This document shows positions 20,238 to 29,355 of a DNA stretch of 64,000 nt, piece after piece. This DNA is from a virus. Its lineage: Duplodnaviria > Caudoviricetes. A program made the position numbers and the translations under genes. The notes under the pieces were generated by a model. The model ran no database searches and was not told where the DNA came from. It saw only the letters and a program-made list of their open reading frames with translations. The stretch's first letter is position 1. Each line of letters begins with the position of its first letter. The DNA lies in the IMG/VR virus record IMGVR_UViG_3300032214_001459, positions 430 to 64,429 of that record. One strand, 5' to 3'.

Positions 20238-20612
20238 CTACTTTAATCTGGTATTGCATTTTTTGCATATTTTTGCCCACGGATACAACAACATCTCGTT
20301 TAGTGGGTGGTCGCACTCAAGCAGCGTTCTTGCCTCGATGTTAAGTGTTTGTCTAATCCATGCAGAAACTGTCATATTTGATAACGCTGAAGCCTGCCTC
20401 CACCTATCCCTGTCGGTATCCGTACATCTAATCAACTGTTGAACCTGGGCTGGACCATCATCTTCTTTTTCTACTGGCTGAATGGTCATATCTAGCGTTT
20501 CAGCCAACTTATCCATGGCTGGGCCGATGTTTGAATGTACGAAACCTTTATCTATTTGACTGTTATTTTCAGATGACATCATCTTCCTCTTCCGATTCAT
20601 CCACACTATCAT
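20238..20612 (-). CDS. Hypothetical protein, possible ribbon-helix-helix plus Zn finger
   Basis: LIRC...RWRQAS...TVSAWIR; CDHP...CKKC. Confidence 0.6.
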   Translation of the reverse strand: MIVWMNRKRKMMSSENNSQIDKGFVHSNIGPAMDKLAETLDMTIQPVEKEDDGPAQVQQLIRCTDTDRDRWRQASALSNMTVSAWIRQTLNIEARTLLECDHPLNEMLLYPWAKICKKCNTRLK

Positions 20613-21225
20613 CTAATTCTGTTGAGATTATTTCTGCATCTATGATGTCGGAATCAACTGGACCCATTAGAGCTTTTATTGTGTCGGCCGGAAGAACCCC
20701 AGATATTGCCATCAATTCAAGGAGCTTCTTTGCCTCGGATTCTGGGTCAAAACCTATTGCCGGCCTTGTTACGCCTTCTTGCCCAGCAATCGTTGCTCTT
20801 ACGTTCTGAGTGCTGTTCACGTCCATCTGAACGTTGATGTTTGTACTCTCCATGCCGAGCAATTTTGTTCTTCTGTCCATAATTGAAAGGACCTGCTGAA
20901 TAGCTTTCATGTCTGGCTCTATCTGCTGCTCAGAACCATCGTCCATTACTTGTCGTCTGTGTTGAGTCATGGGCCAAATTGCCTGCTGGAGATTGTCTAG
21001 CCGTTCAAGCTCCATGCGTAATACTTCCGGGTAGGCAAGAACCGCTTCTTTGTTCATCTTTTCAAGCTGTCGCTGGATTGCTTTAGCGACAACGCTGTTC
21101 GATATTCCAAATCTTCTAGCTATCTCGTTTATTGATGTTCCAGCTTGGCGCATTTTGAATATGCGCATATCACGTTCGCTTAAAAATTCCCTAGTTGTTA
21201 TTGGCTTAGATTTATCCTCGCTCAT
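20569..21225 (-). CDS. HTH protein, probable terminase small subunit
   Basis: N-terminal HTH (GTSINEIARRFG), ELERLD.LQ.AIWP, IMDRRTKLLG pattern seen in actinophage TerS-like proteins; ATGA overlap with primase stop. Confidence 0.6.
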   Translation of the reverse strand: MSEDKSKPITTREFLSERDMRIFKMRQAGTSINEIARRFGISNSVVAKAIQRQLEKMNKEAVLAYPEVLRMELERLDNLQQAIWPMTQHRRQVMDDGSEQQIEPDMKAIQQVLSIMDRRTKLLGMESTNINVQMDVNSTQNVRATIAGQEGVTRPAIGFDPESEAKKLLELMAISGVLPADTIKALMGPVDSDIIDAEIISTELDDSVDESEEEDDVI

Positions 21226-23018
21226 GGCCCAACTTTCATCCAATCTAGAACTTCAAATGGGAATCTCTTCCCACGCTTCATTTTCAGTGGCCACGGACGC
21301 TCTTCTCGCGAACCTCTAAAGTGTTTAACGTCATAAACATAATCGCCTAGAGCAGTTGGGTCTGGTTGTAAAGAGATACCAAACTCTGGCCACCTCGACC
21401 AAACAGCAGAACCAAATGGTCGTAAGTCTCGTGTAGACATTGTTGACCCAAGAGGAGCATGGTGTTCAATCCATAGTGCGCAATTGTATACAGTCCTAAT
21501 TGTGTCTAGATATTTCGCTACCTCAAGTGCTACTGACTCCGAAGTTCTTCCACCTGGGTCAAGAAAAGCCTTGTAGAGCGGTCCAATAATAAGCATCTGT
21601 GGTTGCACTTCTTCGATTGCTTCTTCAAGGATTGACCTATCTTGTGCTTTCAGTAAGTCCATTCCTGATGGCTTGGTCAAGATGTAGGCATCTAGTTTTT
21701 CAACCTTTGATAACCCCATTGCTTCTGAAGCAATCTGCCTGGATGTTCTTCTGATTATCTTCTCTGGGTTTTCAAGGTCGACGGTCAGGGTTCTTATTTG
21801 AGGCATTCTCTGAAACGAAAAAGGGTGGATTCCGGCGGAGCAACAGATGGCTATTTGTCGCGCGAGCATCGTTTTTCCAACACCCTCTGCAGCAACAACA
21901 ATCACTCTCTCCATGCGCTCAACCAATCCTGGTATAACCCATTCATGTGTTTCGTTTGTTGACTCAGCAAGGAAGTCATTCCACTGAACCAATCTTCCGG
22001 TGTCGAGTACATGTCCAACTGTTGATGATGCGACTATTAAGTTGCTCTTTGCAATCTTCTGTTTTGCGGTTAGGTCGTCCCTATTTAGCAGCTCATTGAG
22101 CTTGATGAGTGTTAGCTCTTCTGCTGATAATTCTTCAATTTCTTTTTCTGGTTCTTGTGTCTGCTCAAAGTACTGCGATGAGTCAAACGGGATGAGGTCT
22201 TCAATTTTTTCACCAGAACCAAGATGGTCGGTTATATCCTTTGTCGACGGACAAATCCATAACTGCGAGTCACAGCCAGCAGACTGCAATTCCGTGAAAA
22301 CATCAAGTGCGTGCTTCTTTCCTATTTCGTCGTTGTCCGCAACAATTTCGATTATTCCACCAGCAAGAGCCTCGGTGTGAATGTCCAGCCACTTCCCAGC
22401 ACCTCCAGGCATTGTCGTGGCGACAATTCCCATGTCAATGAGAGTGTCGGCGTCTTTTTCGCCTTCCACCAACCAAATCGGAATGTTTTTTGATTTAGCC
22501 TCAAGAACTGCTGGAAGATTATAAAGAACCTTTGGCGTCTCTCCAAGTGAATAGACCCAGCCACCAGAGCCATCAGGCTTTCTCTGTCTAAATGTTTTCT
22601 TGCCATCTTCATCGACAAGGCGCATCTTTTGAAACAGTAGGACACCATGTTCGTCTGTGTAATCATATGCTTTTACGAATTTTGGCTTAGAAGTGCTTGG
22701 CGGGTTGACCTGTGTATTTTTTGTAGCACTCGGTCTAACTTCATTAAATACATTCTTTGATGGCACAAACTTCCCATCTGGCGGCATGAGGTCGGAAACC
22801 TTTAGGCCAACTGAGTTGCAAATTTTTTCAACATCACAAGACATTGCTCGGTGACATGTAACAAGCGTCCGCCCGTCTCCACCTTGACCAATTGCAAGCG
22901 AAGGATTGTTGTCGTCCTCTCTACACGGACAGCGCGCCTGCCAGCCATTTCCTGTTTGGCGAACTCCGCTAAGCCTGCTTAAAAAGTTGGAAGTTTGTTC
23001 TGATGGATTTTGTGCCAT
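21222..23018 (-). CDS. DNA primase-helicase (Zn finger + TOPRIM + RepA/AAA_25 helicase)
   Basis: ARCPC..D..PSL, LVEGEKDAD, IVADNDE.G, Walker A AAEGVGKT, RPFGSAVW. Confidence 0.9.
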   Translation of the reverse strand: MAQNPSEQTSNFLSRLSGVRQTGNGWQARCPCREDDNNPSLAIGQGGDGRTLVTCHRAMSCDVEKICNSVGLKVSDLMPPDGKFVPSKNVFNEVRPSATKNTQVNPPSTSKPKFVKAYDYTDEHGVLLFQKMRLVDEDGKKTFRQRKPDGSGGWVYSLGETPKVLYNLPAVLEAKSKNIPIWLVEGEKDADTLIDMGIVATTMPGGAGKWLDIHTEALAGGIIEIVADNDEIGKKHALDVFTELQSAGCDSQLWICPSTKDITDHLGSGEKIEDLIPFDSSQYFEQTQEPEKEIEELSAEELTLIKLNELLNRDDLTAKQKIAKSNLIVASSTVGHVLDTGRLVQWNDFLAESTNETHEWVIPGLVERMERVIVVAAEGVGKTMLARQIAICCSAGIHPFSFQRMPQIRTLTVDLENPEKIIRRTSRQIASEAMGLSKVEKLDAYILTKPSGMDLLKAQDRSILEEAIEEVQPQMLIIGPLYKAFLDPGGRTSESVALEVAKYLDTIRTVYNCALWIEHHAPLGSTMSTRDLRPFGSAVWSRWPEFGISLQPDPTALGDYVYDVKHFRGSREERPWPLKMKRGKRFPFEVLDWMKVGP

Positions 23019-23027
23019 TTCTGTAAC

Positions 23028-23360
23028 CTATCCCCCGAACTTGAATCCGAGCAAAATATTTATTGGCTCTTTTGGCACTAGTGATACACCGAGTCTTCTC
23101 CTGAGAGTTTTTCTTTCTCTTTCAGTTTTCCCTCCCCAGATACCGTGTGGTTCGTGGAGCAGCGAGTACTGGAGGCATTCTTCTGATACCTCGCATTCTC
23201 CGCATATTGATTTTGCGAGAATCGTATTTTCTCTTCCTTTTACATAACTCCGTGAATAGGAGTCACCAGATTTTTCCGCAAATGGAAAAAATATGTTTGG
23301 GTCGTGTCCGAGGCACTTGCCGTTCTTTGGTGGTTTAGCCGATACTTTAGAGTCGCTCAC
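23028..23360 (-). CDS. whiB: WhiB-family transcription factor
   Basis: C...FFP...AKSICGECEVSEECL...GIWGGKTERER. Confidence 0.92.
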   Translation of the reverse strand: MSDSKVSAKPPKNGKCLGHDPNIFFPFAEKSGDSYSRSYVKGRENTILAKSICGECEVSEECLQYSLLHEPHGIWGGKTERERKTLRRRLGVSLVPKEPINILLGFKFGG

Positions 23361-23396
23361 GAATCCCCCGTTTAGTTAAGTGGTAAGGACGACATC

Positions 23397-23804
23397 CTAC
23401 TTATTTCGTGTCAGCTTTTCAACATCCAAAGCAGAAAGATAAATAACGGCATTTCTAATTACTAGCTTTCCGTTTATGTCTTCGGCCATGACATCCACGG
23501 CATCTAGTGGAACTCCAAATCTTGAAGAAAGAGTGGCCCTGGTTTTATCAATCCTCATCTCTTCTAAACCAAGGTCTGGCTCATCTATGAGCAAAATAGG
23601 ACCACGAACAAGCGATTTCATTTCTACATCTCGTTGTTTTGCGCGAAAGCACCACGCGCAAGCAATATCACCAGTCGCAGCACGCTTGCGAATCTCCGTA
23701 TGTCCACAAGATAACTCGTGATGGTACGTGACGTTTCCCCAGCTGCCACTTTTAGTGACAGTCAGTATTTGTCTTCTTGGAGCTTTTCTGTGGTCAGTTG
23801 TCAT
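23397..23804 (-). CDS. Hypothetical protein
   Basis: LSCGH...CAWC Zn-binding pattern; operon packing. Confidence 0.65.
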   Translation of the reverse strand: MTTDHRKAPRRQILTVTKSGSWGNVTYHHELSCGHTEIRKRAATGDIACAWCFRAKQRDVEMKSLVRGPILLIDEPDLGLEEMRIDKTRATLSSRFGVPLDAVDVMAEDINGKLVIRNAVIYLSALDVEKLTRNK

Positions 23805-23822
23805 GACCGTCCAGATGTATTT

Positions 23823-24116
23823 TTACTTGAAGAGTTTCTTGAAGAATCTTCTAAGTGAGCGCTTCTGCTTTTGAACGTTCTTGTCGATTGTGACATTGAC
23901 AAGGTTTGCCTTGCTTGCAACATCGTCAAGTACGTGATTAACGAACTTTTCTGCGTTAACAAAAGATATCGTCGAATCACCGACTTTGATTTCGGTCTTC
24001 TTTGCTTCAGCTGACTTCTTTGGTGCTGCCTTCTTAGCAGGTGCCTTTTTCGCAGCTGCTTTTTTTGCAGGACTCTTTTTATTAGCTGTTTTCTTTGATT
24101 TGCTGTTATCTGCCAT
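23823..24116 (-). CDS. Lys/Ala-rich histone-like protein
   Basis: PAKKA repeats at N-terminus; TAGAGT 7 nt upstream of ATG. Confidence 0.7.
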   Translation of the reverse strand: MADNSKSKKTANKKSPAKKAAAKKAPAKKAAPKKSAEAKKTEIKVGDSTISFVNAEKFVNHVLDDVASKANLVNVTIDKNVQKQKRSLRRFFKKLFK

Positions 24117-24198
24117 GACAAAGACTCTAGTCGATGGATTTGGGTCGTAGGGGATGGTGCTTCCCCTGGAACCGAGTATTTTCCCTTAATATCTCACG

Positions 24199-24831
24199 GT
24201 GGACGATTATATTGACGATTTTGGCAAATGTGCTCTTGCCTTAACGTCGGCCCAATTGGCAAAAGATACTGCTGTAAAAGAGCATGGAATTGGGGAAGAT
24301 ATAGCAACCCACTTCATAGGCTGGGTTGGCCCGAGTCTAATGATAATTGCTCAGATGAAATCAGAGATATCAAAAGAACCGCACGCCAAAAGGTTTACCA
24401 AATGCAAAAAGCTTTGTTTGATGATGAGAAAATACTGGGGAGTAACCGGGATTACGATGGTCGCAGAAGGGTACTGTTCTTCAAGCGCGGAAAAGACAAA
24501 AGGGATTGAACTTGCCGATGCCTTCCTAGACCCAGATATGCCCGTTAAGGAATGCATAACCATCACACACGTAAGCATGACGGATGACGGGGAGATAATG
24601 CCAGTCGCCATGTTAGCCGCCCCTTACAAGGTAAACCTAGGGAAAACCATTGATTGGGACGAAATCCTTATCTATCCGGAAAACGGCGAAAGTCACACCA
24701 GACACGCCCTCTACCCAATAATGCTAAGCAAGACAATGGATGAGAAGTTTGATTCATCAATCCCAATGTCTCAATACAATGAAATAAGAGATGAAATTTC
24801 CAGGATTGGCTTTCTTCTCCAGGAATTTTAG
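24199..24831 (+). CDS. Hypothetical protein
   Basis: 210-aa ORF, GTG start. Confidence 0.7.
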   Translation: MDDYIDDFGKCALALTSAQLAKDTAVKEHGIGEDIATHFIGWVGPSLMIIAQMKSEISKEPHAKRFTKCKKLCLMMRKYWGVTGITMVAEGYCSSSAEKTKGIELADAFLDPDMPVKECITITHVSMTDDGEIMPVAMLAAPYKVNLGKTIDWDEILIYPENGESHTRHALYPIMLSKTMDEKFDSSIPMSQYNEIRDEISRIGFLLQEF

Positions 24832-24850
24832 TAAGCTGTATAATAGTTAA

Positions 24851-25186
24851 ATGAATCAGCCATTTTATTCGAGCCCTGGTTTTGGCGGGCAAGATGAAAA
24901 TGAAGAAATTGACGGTGTTACGTATTTAAGGGCAACCCGTACTCCGTGCCTAGTTTGCGGACACCCAACTGGCGACTGTGTAAATGAAAAAGAAAATAAT
25001 GAAATAATTCAGCTATGGGGATATAATACAAACTCATCTCTTGATGCAAATCAGGTTTTCGTAATTACTGAAGATTACTGGATTCCATTTGAAATAGCTC
25101 CTGGAATTAATACAAGAATTCTTAAATATAAAAAGGGCAAACAAATACCCTTAATTACAGCCAGGGAACTTGGCCTAATAAAATAA
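24851..25186 (+). CDS. Hypothetical protein
   Basis: CLVCGHPTGDC motif; TATAAT 6 nt upstream of ATG. Confidence 0.7.
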   Translation: MNQPFYSSPGFGGQDENEEIDGVTYLRATRTPCLVCGHPTGDCVNEKENNEIIQLWGYNTNSSLDANQVFVITEDYWIPFEIAPGINTRILKYKKGKQIPLITARELGLIK

Positions 25187-25273
25187 AAATTAGTTGGATG
25201 CTAGACCATTTCAGTATTCATGTTTACTGTACACTCGTCTCTCTCATCACTAGCCAATTACAGGAATGGAAAC

Positions 25274-27199
25274 ATGTCAACTCTTAGTCAATCTTTTGTC
25301 GACTCTTACAAAATGAAGCAAGCGCCATGGGGATTTAATGGAATGGGGGAAATAGTATTTCTCCGTACCTATAGCCGCAAAAAGGAAAATGGGAATAACG
25401 AGACATGGGTTGAGACGCTCCAGCGTGTCATCAACGGTGCAATTGAGGTTGGCGTTGACTACACCCAAGAAGAGGCAGAAGCGCTATTTGACCACTGCTT
25501 TAACTTACGATGCTCATTCTCTGGTCGCTCACTATGGCAACTTGGCACACCGCTTGTCCAGAAGCTCAATGCAACATCTCTTAACAACTGCTATTTCACG
25601 AACATCGAAAAGATTGAGGATTTTGAGCTCTTGTTCGAATACCTAATGCTTGGTGGTGGTGTTGGATTCTCTGTTGAGCGCTCAAAGATTCACGACCTAC
25701 CAAAGATTAAGTCTGGTGTAACGATTACACATGAACGTAGTAACGACGCAGACATCATCGTCCCTGACTCACGTCAAGGATGGAAGCGACTTCTTCATGC
25801 AGTACTAAAGTCATATTTTGATACTGGTAAGTCTTTCTCGTACTCCACGGTTCTCATTCGTGAGTATGGCGCACCATTAAAGACATTTGGTGGTACAGCA
25901 TCAGGTCCTGGCGCGCTGATTGATGGGATTGCTGACATTAGTAAAGTTATGCAAAACCGCGAAGGGAAAAAACTTCGTTCAATTGACGTACTTGACATTT
26001 GCAACATCATTGGTCGCATCGTTGTTTCTGGTTCGTCGCGTCGTTCAGCGCAGATTGCAATGGGTGACCCGGATGACGTTCTTTTCCTTCGTGCAAAAAA
26101 TTGGGCATCTGGAAACATTCCTGCGTGGAGAGCGAACTCAAATAACTCCATTTATGCTGACCACTACGACGAAATAATGACCGAACTCTGGAAGGGCTAT
26201 GACGGAACTGGCGAGCCTTACGGCTTGCTGAATCGTCGCCTAGCAAGAAAGTATGGTCGACTCGGCGAGGCAAAGCCAGATAACTCAATTGAGGGCTTCA
26301 ACCCATGCGCAGAAATCGCATTGGCTGATGGCGAATCATGCAACCTTGCAACAATCTTTTTACCAAATGTGGAATCTTTGGAGCAATTCCAAGAAATTTC
26401 ACGTTTGCTTTATAAGACGCAAAAGCAAATTACCCGCATGGCGTACCCATATGAAAAGACAACGAATATCGTCAGCAAGAATGCGCGACTTGGACAGTCT
26501 GTTACTGGAATCCTTCAGTGTTCAGAAGAGCAGGTTTCATGGTTGTCACCTGCATACGAATACCTGCAGGAATTTGATAAGCAGTACTCCGCTGAGCGTG
26601 GATGGCCAGAATCGGTTCGTTTGACCACGGTTCAGCCTTCAGGAACGCTGTCCCTGCTCCCAGGCGTGACTCCAGGGATTCACCCAGCATTCGCTCCGTT
26701 CTACACCAGGCGTGTTCGCTTCGGCTCCTCAGACCCCCTTGTGGACGCTTGTCGCAAGCGCGGATACAAGATTCAGTGGGATATTGGTATCGACGGTAGA
26801 GAGGACCACACACGCTATGTGGTGGACTTCCCGTGCATGTCGCCAGAGGGTTCGGTTCTAGCTTCAGCAATGACCGCAGTAGAGCAGCTTGAGTGGGTGA
26901 AGAAGATGCAGACCGAGTGGGCAGATAATGCTGTCTCCGTAACCGTCTATTACCGCAAAGAGGAGCTTGGAGAAATCCAGGAGTGGCTCTCAAAGAACTA
27001 CGACAAGAGCGTTAAGTCAGTTTCGTTCTTGCTCCATGTTGACCACAACTTCTCTTTGCCTCCATACGAGGAAATAACCAAGGAGGAGTACGAAAAGATG
27101 CTCGCCAAGATTGATTTCTCTACGCCATTACAGGATGTGGCTTTCATGGGAGATTTGGACTTGGACAATTGCGCCACAGGGGCATGCCCGATAAAGTAA
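25274..27199 (+). CDS. nrdJ: Class II (adenosylcobalamin-dependent) ribonucleotide reductase
   Basis: RTYSR, GRSLWQLG, NNCY, GGGVG, RRSAQI, NPCAE, ESCNL, TTVQPSGT, C-terminal CATGACPIK. Confidence 0.93.
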   Translation: MSTLSQSFVDSYKMKQAPWGFNGMGEIVFLRTYSRKKENGNNETWVETLQRVINGAIEVGVDYTQEEAEALFDHCFNLRCSFSGRSLWQLGTPLVQKLNATSLNNCYFTNIEKIEDFELLFEYLMLGGGVGFSVERSKIHDLPKIKSGVTITHERSNDADIIVPDSRQGWKRLLHAVLKSYFDTGKSFSYSTVLIREYGAPLKTFGGTASGPGALIDGIADISKVMQNREGKKLRSIDVLDICNIIGRIVVSGSSRRSAQIAMGDPDDVLFLRAKNWASGNIPAWRANSNNSIYADHYDEIMTELWKGYDGTGEPYGLLNRRLARKYGRLGEAKPDNSIEGFNPCAEIALADGESCNLATIFLPNVESLEQFQEISRLLYKTQKQITRMAYPYEKTTNIVSKNARLGQSVTGILQCSEEQVSWLSPAYEYLQEFDKQYSAERGWPESVRLTTVQPSGTLSLLPGVTPGIHPAFAPFYTRRVRFGSSDPLVDACRKRGYKIQWDIGIDGREDHTRYVVDFPCMSPEGSVLASAMTAVEQLEWVKKMQTEWADNAVSVTVYYRKEELGEIQEWLSKNYDKSVKSVSFLLHVDHNFSLPPYEEITKEEYEKMLAKIDFSTPLQDVAFMGDLDLDNCATGACPIK

Positions 27200-27206
27200 T
27201 CGGTAT

Positions 27207-27283
27207 GCGTCGGTAGCTCAATCGGATAGAGCAACAGACTTCTAATCTGTAGGTTGTAGGTTCGAGTCCTACCCGGCGCGCCA
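27207..27283 (+). tRNA. tRNA-Arg(TCT)
   Basis: Canonical cloverleaf, loop CTTCTAA, encoded CCA. Confidence 0.95.
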
Positions 27284-27302
27284 TAACTAGGAAAGAGTAA
27301 AG

Positions 27303-27974
27303 ATGAAATCACAAAGTTTTGGTTTTGTTCGTCTTGATTCATGTATGGCAGATGACATCTCTGTTGTTAATTCGGCAAGAGTTTCATTTGCTAAGTCTCA
27401 GCAAGAGATGGATGATTCGGGGAGAGGTTTAATCAACTTCCTCATGCGCGAAAAACACGGAACCCCATTCGAGCACAATTCATTCCGCTTTCATGTTAAA
27501 TGTCCAGTCTTTGTTGCTAGGGAGTGGTTTCGGCACAGGATTGGCTCATTCAACGAATTTTCAGCAAGATACAGCGAGGTGGGCGAGGACTTTTTTGTAC
27601 CGTACCAAAACGATGTTAGGTCGCAAGTCGGAAAGCCAGGAGCCTACGAGTTTCATATAGTTGAAGAAGACATTGCCAATCAAGCAATAGAGATAATTAA
27701 TCAAGCCAACATCAGCGCTTATGAAGCATATAAAAAACTTATAGATATGGGCATTGCGAAAGAGCTATCAAGGACAGTTCTTCCAGTCGGCATGTACACA
27801 CAGTTTTACTGGACTGTAAATGCTCGTTCTTTAATGAATTTTCTTTCTTTGCGTTTGTCAAAAACTGCTCAGCTTGATATTAGAAGGTACGCAAAGTCTG
27901 TTGAGGCTATTTTTGCAGACAAGATGCCAGTTACCTATAAGGCTTGGGTTGAGAATGGAATGAACTGCCCTTAG
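27303..27974 (+). CDS. thyX: Flavin-dependent thymidylate synthase
   Basis: ARVSF, HGTPFEH, REWFRHR..SFNEFSARY, NARSLMNFL.LR. Confidence 0.96.
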   Translation: MKSQSFGFVRLDSCMADDISVVNSARVSFAKSQQEMDDSGRGLINFLMREKHGTPFEHNSFRFHVKCPVFVAREWFRHRIGSFNEFSARYSEVGEDFFVPYQNDVRSQVGKPGAYEFHIVEEDIANQAIEIINQANISAYEAYKKLIDMGIAKELSRTVLPVGMYTQFYWTVNARSLMNFLSLRLSKTAQLDIRRYAKSVEAIFADKMPVTYKAWVENGMNCP

Positions 27975-27980
27975 GCGTAA

Positions 27981-28562
27981 TCATTCGTCAAGCAGACGCT
28001 CTATGTCGTTGCATAGGTTCTCGTATTCTTGTTCTGGTGACTCGCAATACCCATCACGGTGAGCCCACCAAAGCAAAACCCCATTTGCTTTTCTAACTCT
28101 CTGTACGCCATTTCTATCGACCAAGAATTTCTCGAAGTTCCCGTTCATTGGAGCCTTTTCTCCTTCTGGATTTAAGCTCTTGTATAGGGGGTGAACATCT
28201 GGCTTTTCCTCTTCTCCATCACGGGCTTCCCGGGAAACAACCATCTCCGAGAACGGATATGTAACGTTCCACTCTGCACGTCCGTACTCCTCGGCATCCT
28301 TTGCTCCAGTTATGCCATTCTCGTACTTGCCGTAAGTTACTCCTGCTCCGCAGTAATCGTTTGTTGGAACAGCGATTACTTCAAAACCCCTGTGCTTGTA
28401 CTTCTGGTAAACCTTTTCCAGAATCCCATACTGCTCAGCATTGCCACAGTGCCCAGTAACGTTCGCAAAAAGAGTGACTTTCCCGGAAATCTCGTCAATC
28501 AAATTGACTTTTCCATCTGAATCCATCAAAACAACGTCTTTTAGTGAATTTTGTGTTTCCAT
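27981..28562 (-). CDS. Glutathione peroxidase-family protein
   Basis: GKVTLFANVTGHCG, GFEVIAVPTND, NFEKFLVDRNG. Confidence 0.88.
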   Translation of the reverse strand: METQNSLKDVVLMDSDGKVNLIDEISGKVTLFANVTGHCGNAEQYGILEKVYQKYKHRGFEVIAVPTNDYCGAGVTYGKYENGITGAKDAEEYGRAEWNVTYPFSEMVVSREARDGEEEKPDVHPLYKSLNPEGEKAPMNGNFEKFLVDRNGVQRVRKANGVLLWWAHRDGYCESPEQEYENLCNDIERLLDE

Positions 28563-28676
28563 ATTTGTAATTATATCAATTGTAAGTCCTGGTAATAAGA
28601 CTTACTATTGCTATGATTCATAGCGAGGGGGCATTCACTTAGGTGGTGCTGAAACTGACTTTGTCTACCCTCACGG

Positions 28677-28752
28677 TGGCGAGTAGCTCAGTTGGCAGAG
28701 CAGCGGACTGTTAATCCGCTTGTCGTAGGTTCGAGCCCTACCTCGCCAGCCA
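28677..28752 (+). tRNA. tRNA-Asn(GTT)
   Basis: Canonical cloverleaf, loop CTGTTAA, encoded CCA. Confidence 0.95.
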
Positions 28753-28965
28753 GTATTGAATGGCTATATTCATCACTAAAGCGTTTATGTAAATAGAAAA
28801 GTATTTAGTTGTTAGTTTCATTATTTATGCTTTCTCTGTTCTAGGGAGATTTATATCTCTATTAGATAGTCCATTTTGTACTCTCTATTACATAGTCCGC
28901 TTCGTCCCATTCATTGATGCAAAATAGGAAAATGACCGGGATGAATGCCAATACCTCGCCAGCCA
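28739..28965 (+). repeat. 14-bp direct repeat of tRNA-Asn 3' end (TACCTCGCCAGCCA) flanking an AT-rich insert
   Basis: Copies at 28739-28752 and 28952-28965; internal 17-bp near-repeat TCTCTATTA(G/C)ATAGTCC at 28856 and 28882. Confidence 0.75.
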
Positions 28966-29048
28966 CTATACTGATGACGGCCTCTTGCTGGAGGGCGTCA
29001 TTATCATTTCTGTCGGTGCGCAGTCAGAGCGTCTAGCAAGCACCATCT

Positions 29049-29138
29049 GGAGCGATGGCAGAGAGGCTTATTGCACCTGTCTTGAAAACAGGAGTCCGTT
29101 TGCGCGGACCGGGGGTTCAAATCCCTCTCGCTCCTCCA
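29049..29138 (+). tRNA. tRNA-Ser(TGA)
   Basis: Cloverleaf with long variable arm, loop CTTGAAA, encoded CCA. Confidence 0.93.
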
Positions 29139-29157
29139 TTTATGTTATTGTTTTGCG

Positions 29158-29236
29158 CACGCAGAAGCATCAGCGGTAGAGCACCCGTGGAATCTAACGG
29201 ACGGTCTCTGGGTTCGACTCCCAGACTGCGTGTCCA
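29158..29236 (+). tRNA. Non-canonical tRNA-like gene, undetermined anticodon
   Basis: CACGCAG/CTGCGTG acceptor + T + CCA, 6-bp T stem TCTGGG/CCCAGA with TTCGACT loop, bulged D stem, 8-nt anticodon loop GGAATCTA. Confidence 0.7.
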
Positions 29237-29311
29237 GCCCCTTTAGCTCAGTGGTAGAGCACCTCACTTGTAATGAGGTGGTCCTCGGTTCAATCCCGAG
29301 AGGGGGCTCCA
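29237..29311 (+). tRNA. tRNA-Thr(TGT)
   Basis: Canonical cloverleaf, loop CTTGTAA, encoded CCA. Confidence 0.95.
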
Positions 29312-29355
29312 ATTGTCTCGGAACGGAGACATTTACGGCGTAGTAGTATTGCTCT

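Noticed and set aside
27981-28562. Selenocysteine in glutathione peroxidase
   Set aside because: The active-site codon is Cys (GHCG); no in-frame TGA
28625-28673. GAGGGGGC...GCTGAAA...ACCCTC stem resembling the 5' half of a TPP riboswitch or a hammerhead GAAAC...GTC
   Set aside because: The TPP P4/P5 half and the hammerhead CUGANGA core are missing; at most a tRNA leader hairpin
28971-28977. CTGATGA hammerhead core
   Set aside because: No GAAA following a stem II and no stem III/NUH; kept only as a generic structured-RNA candidate
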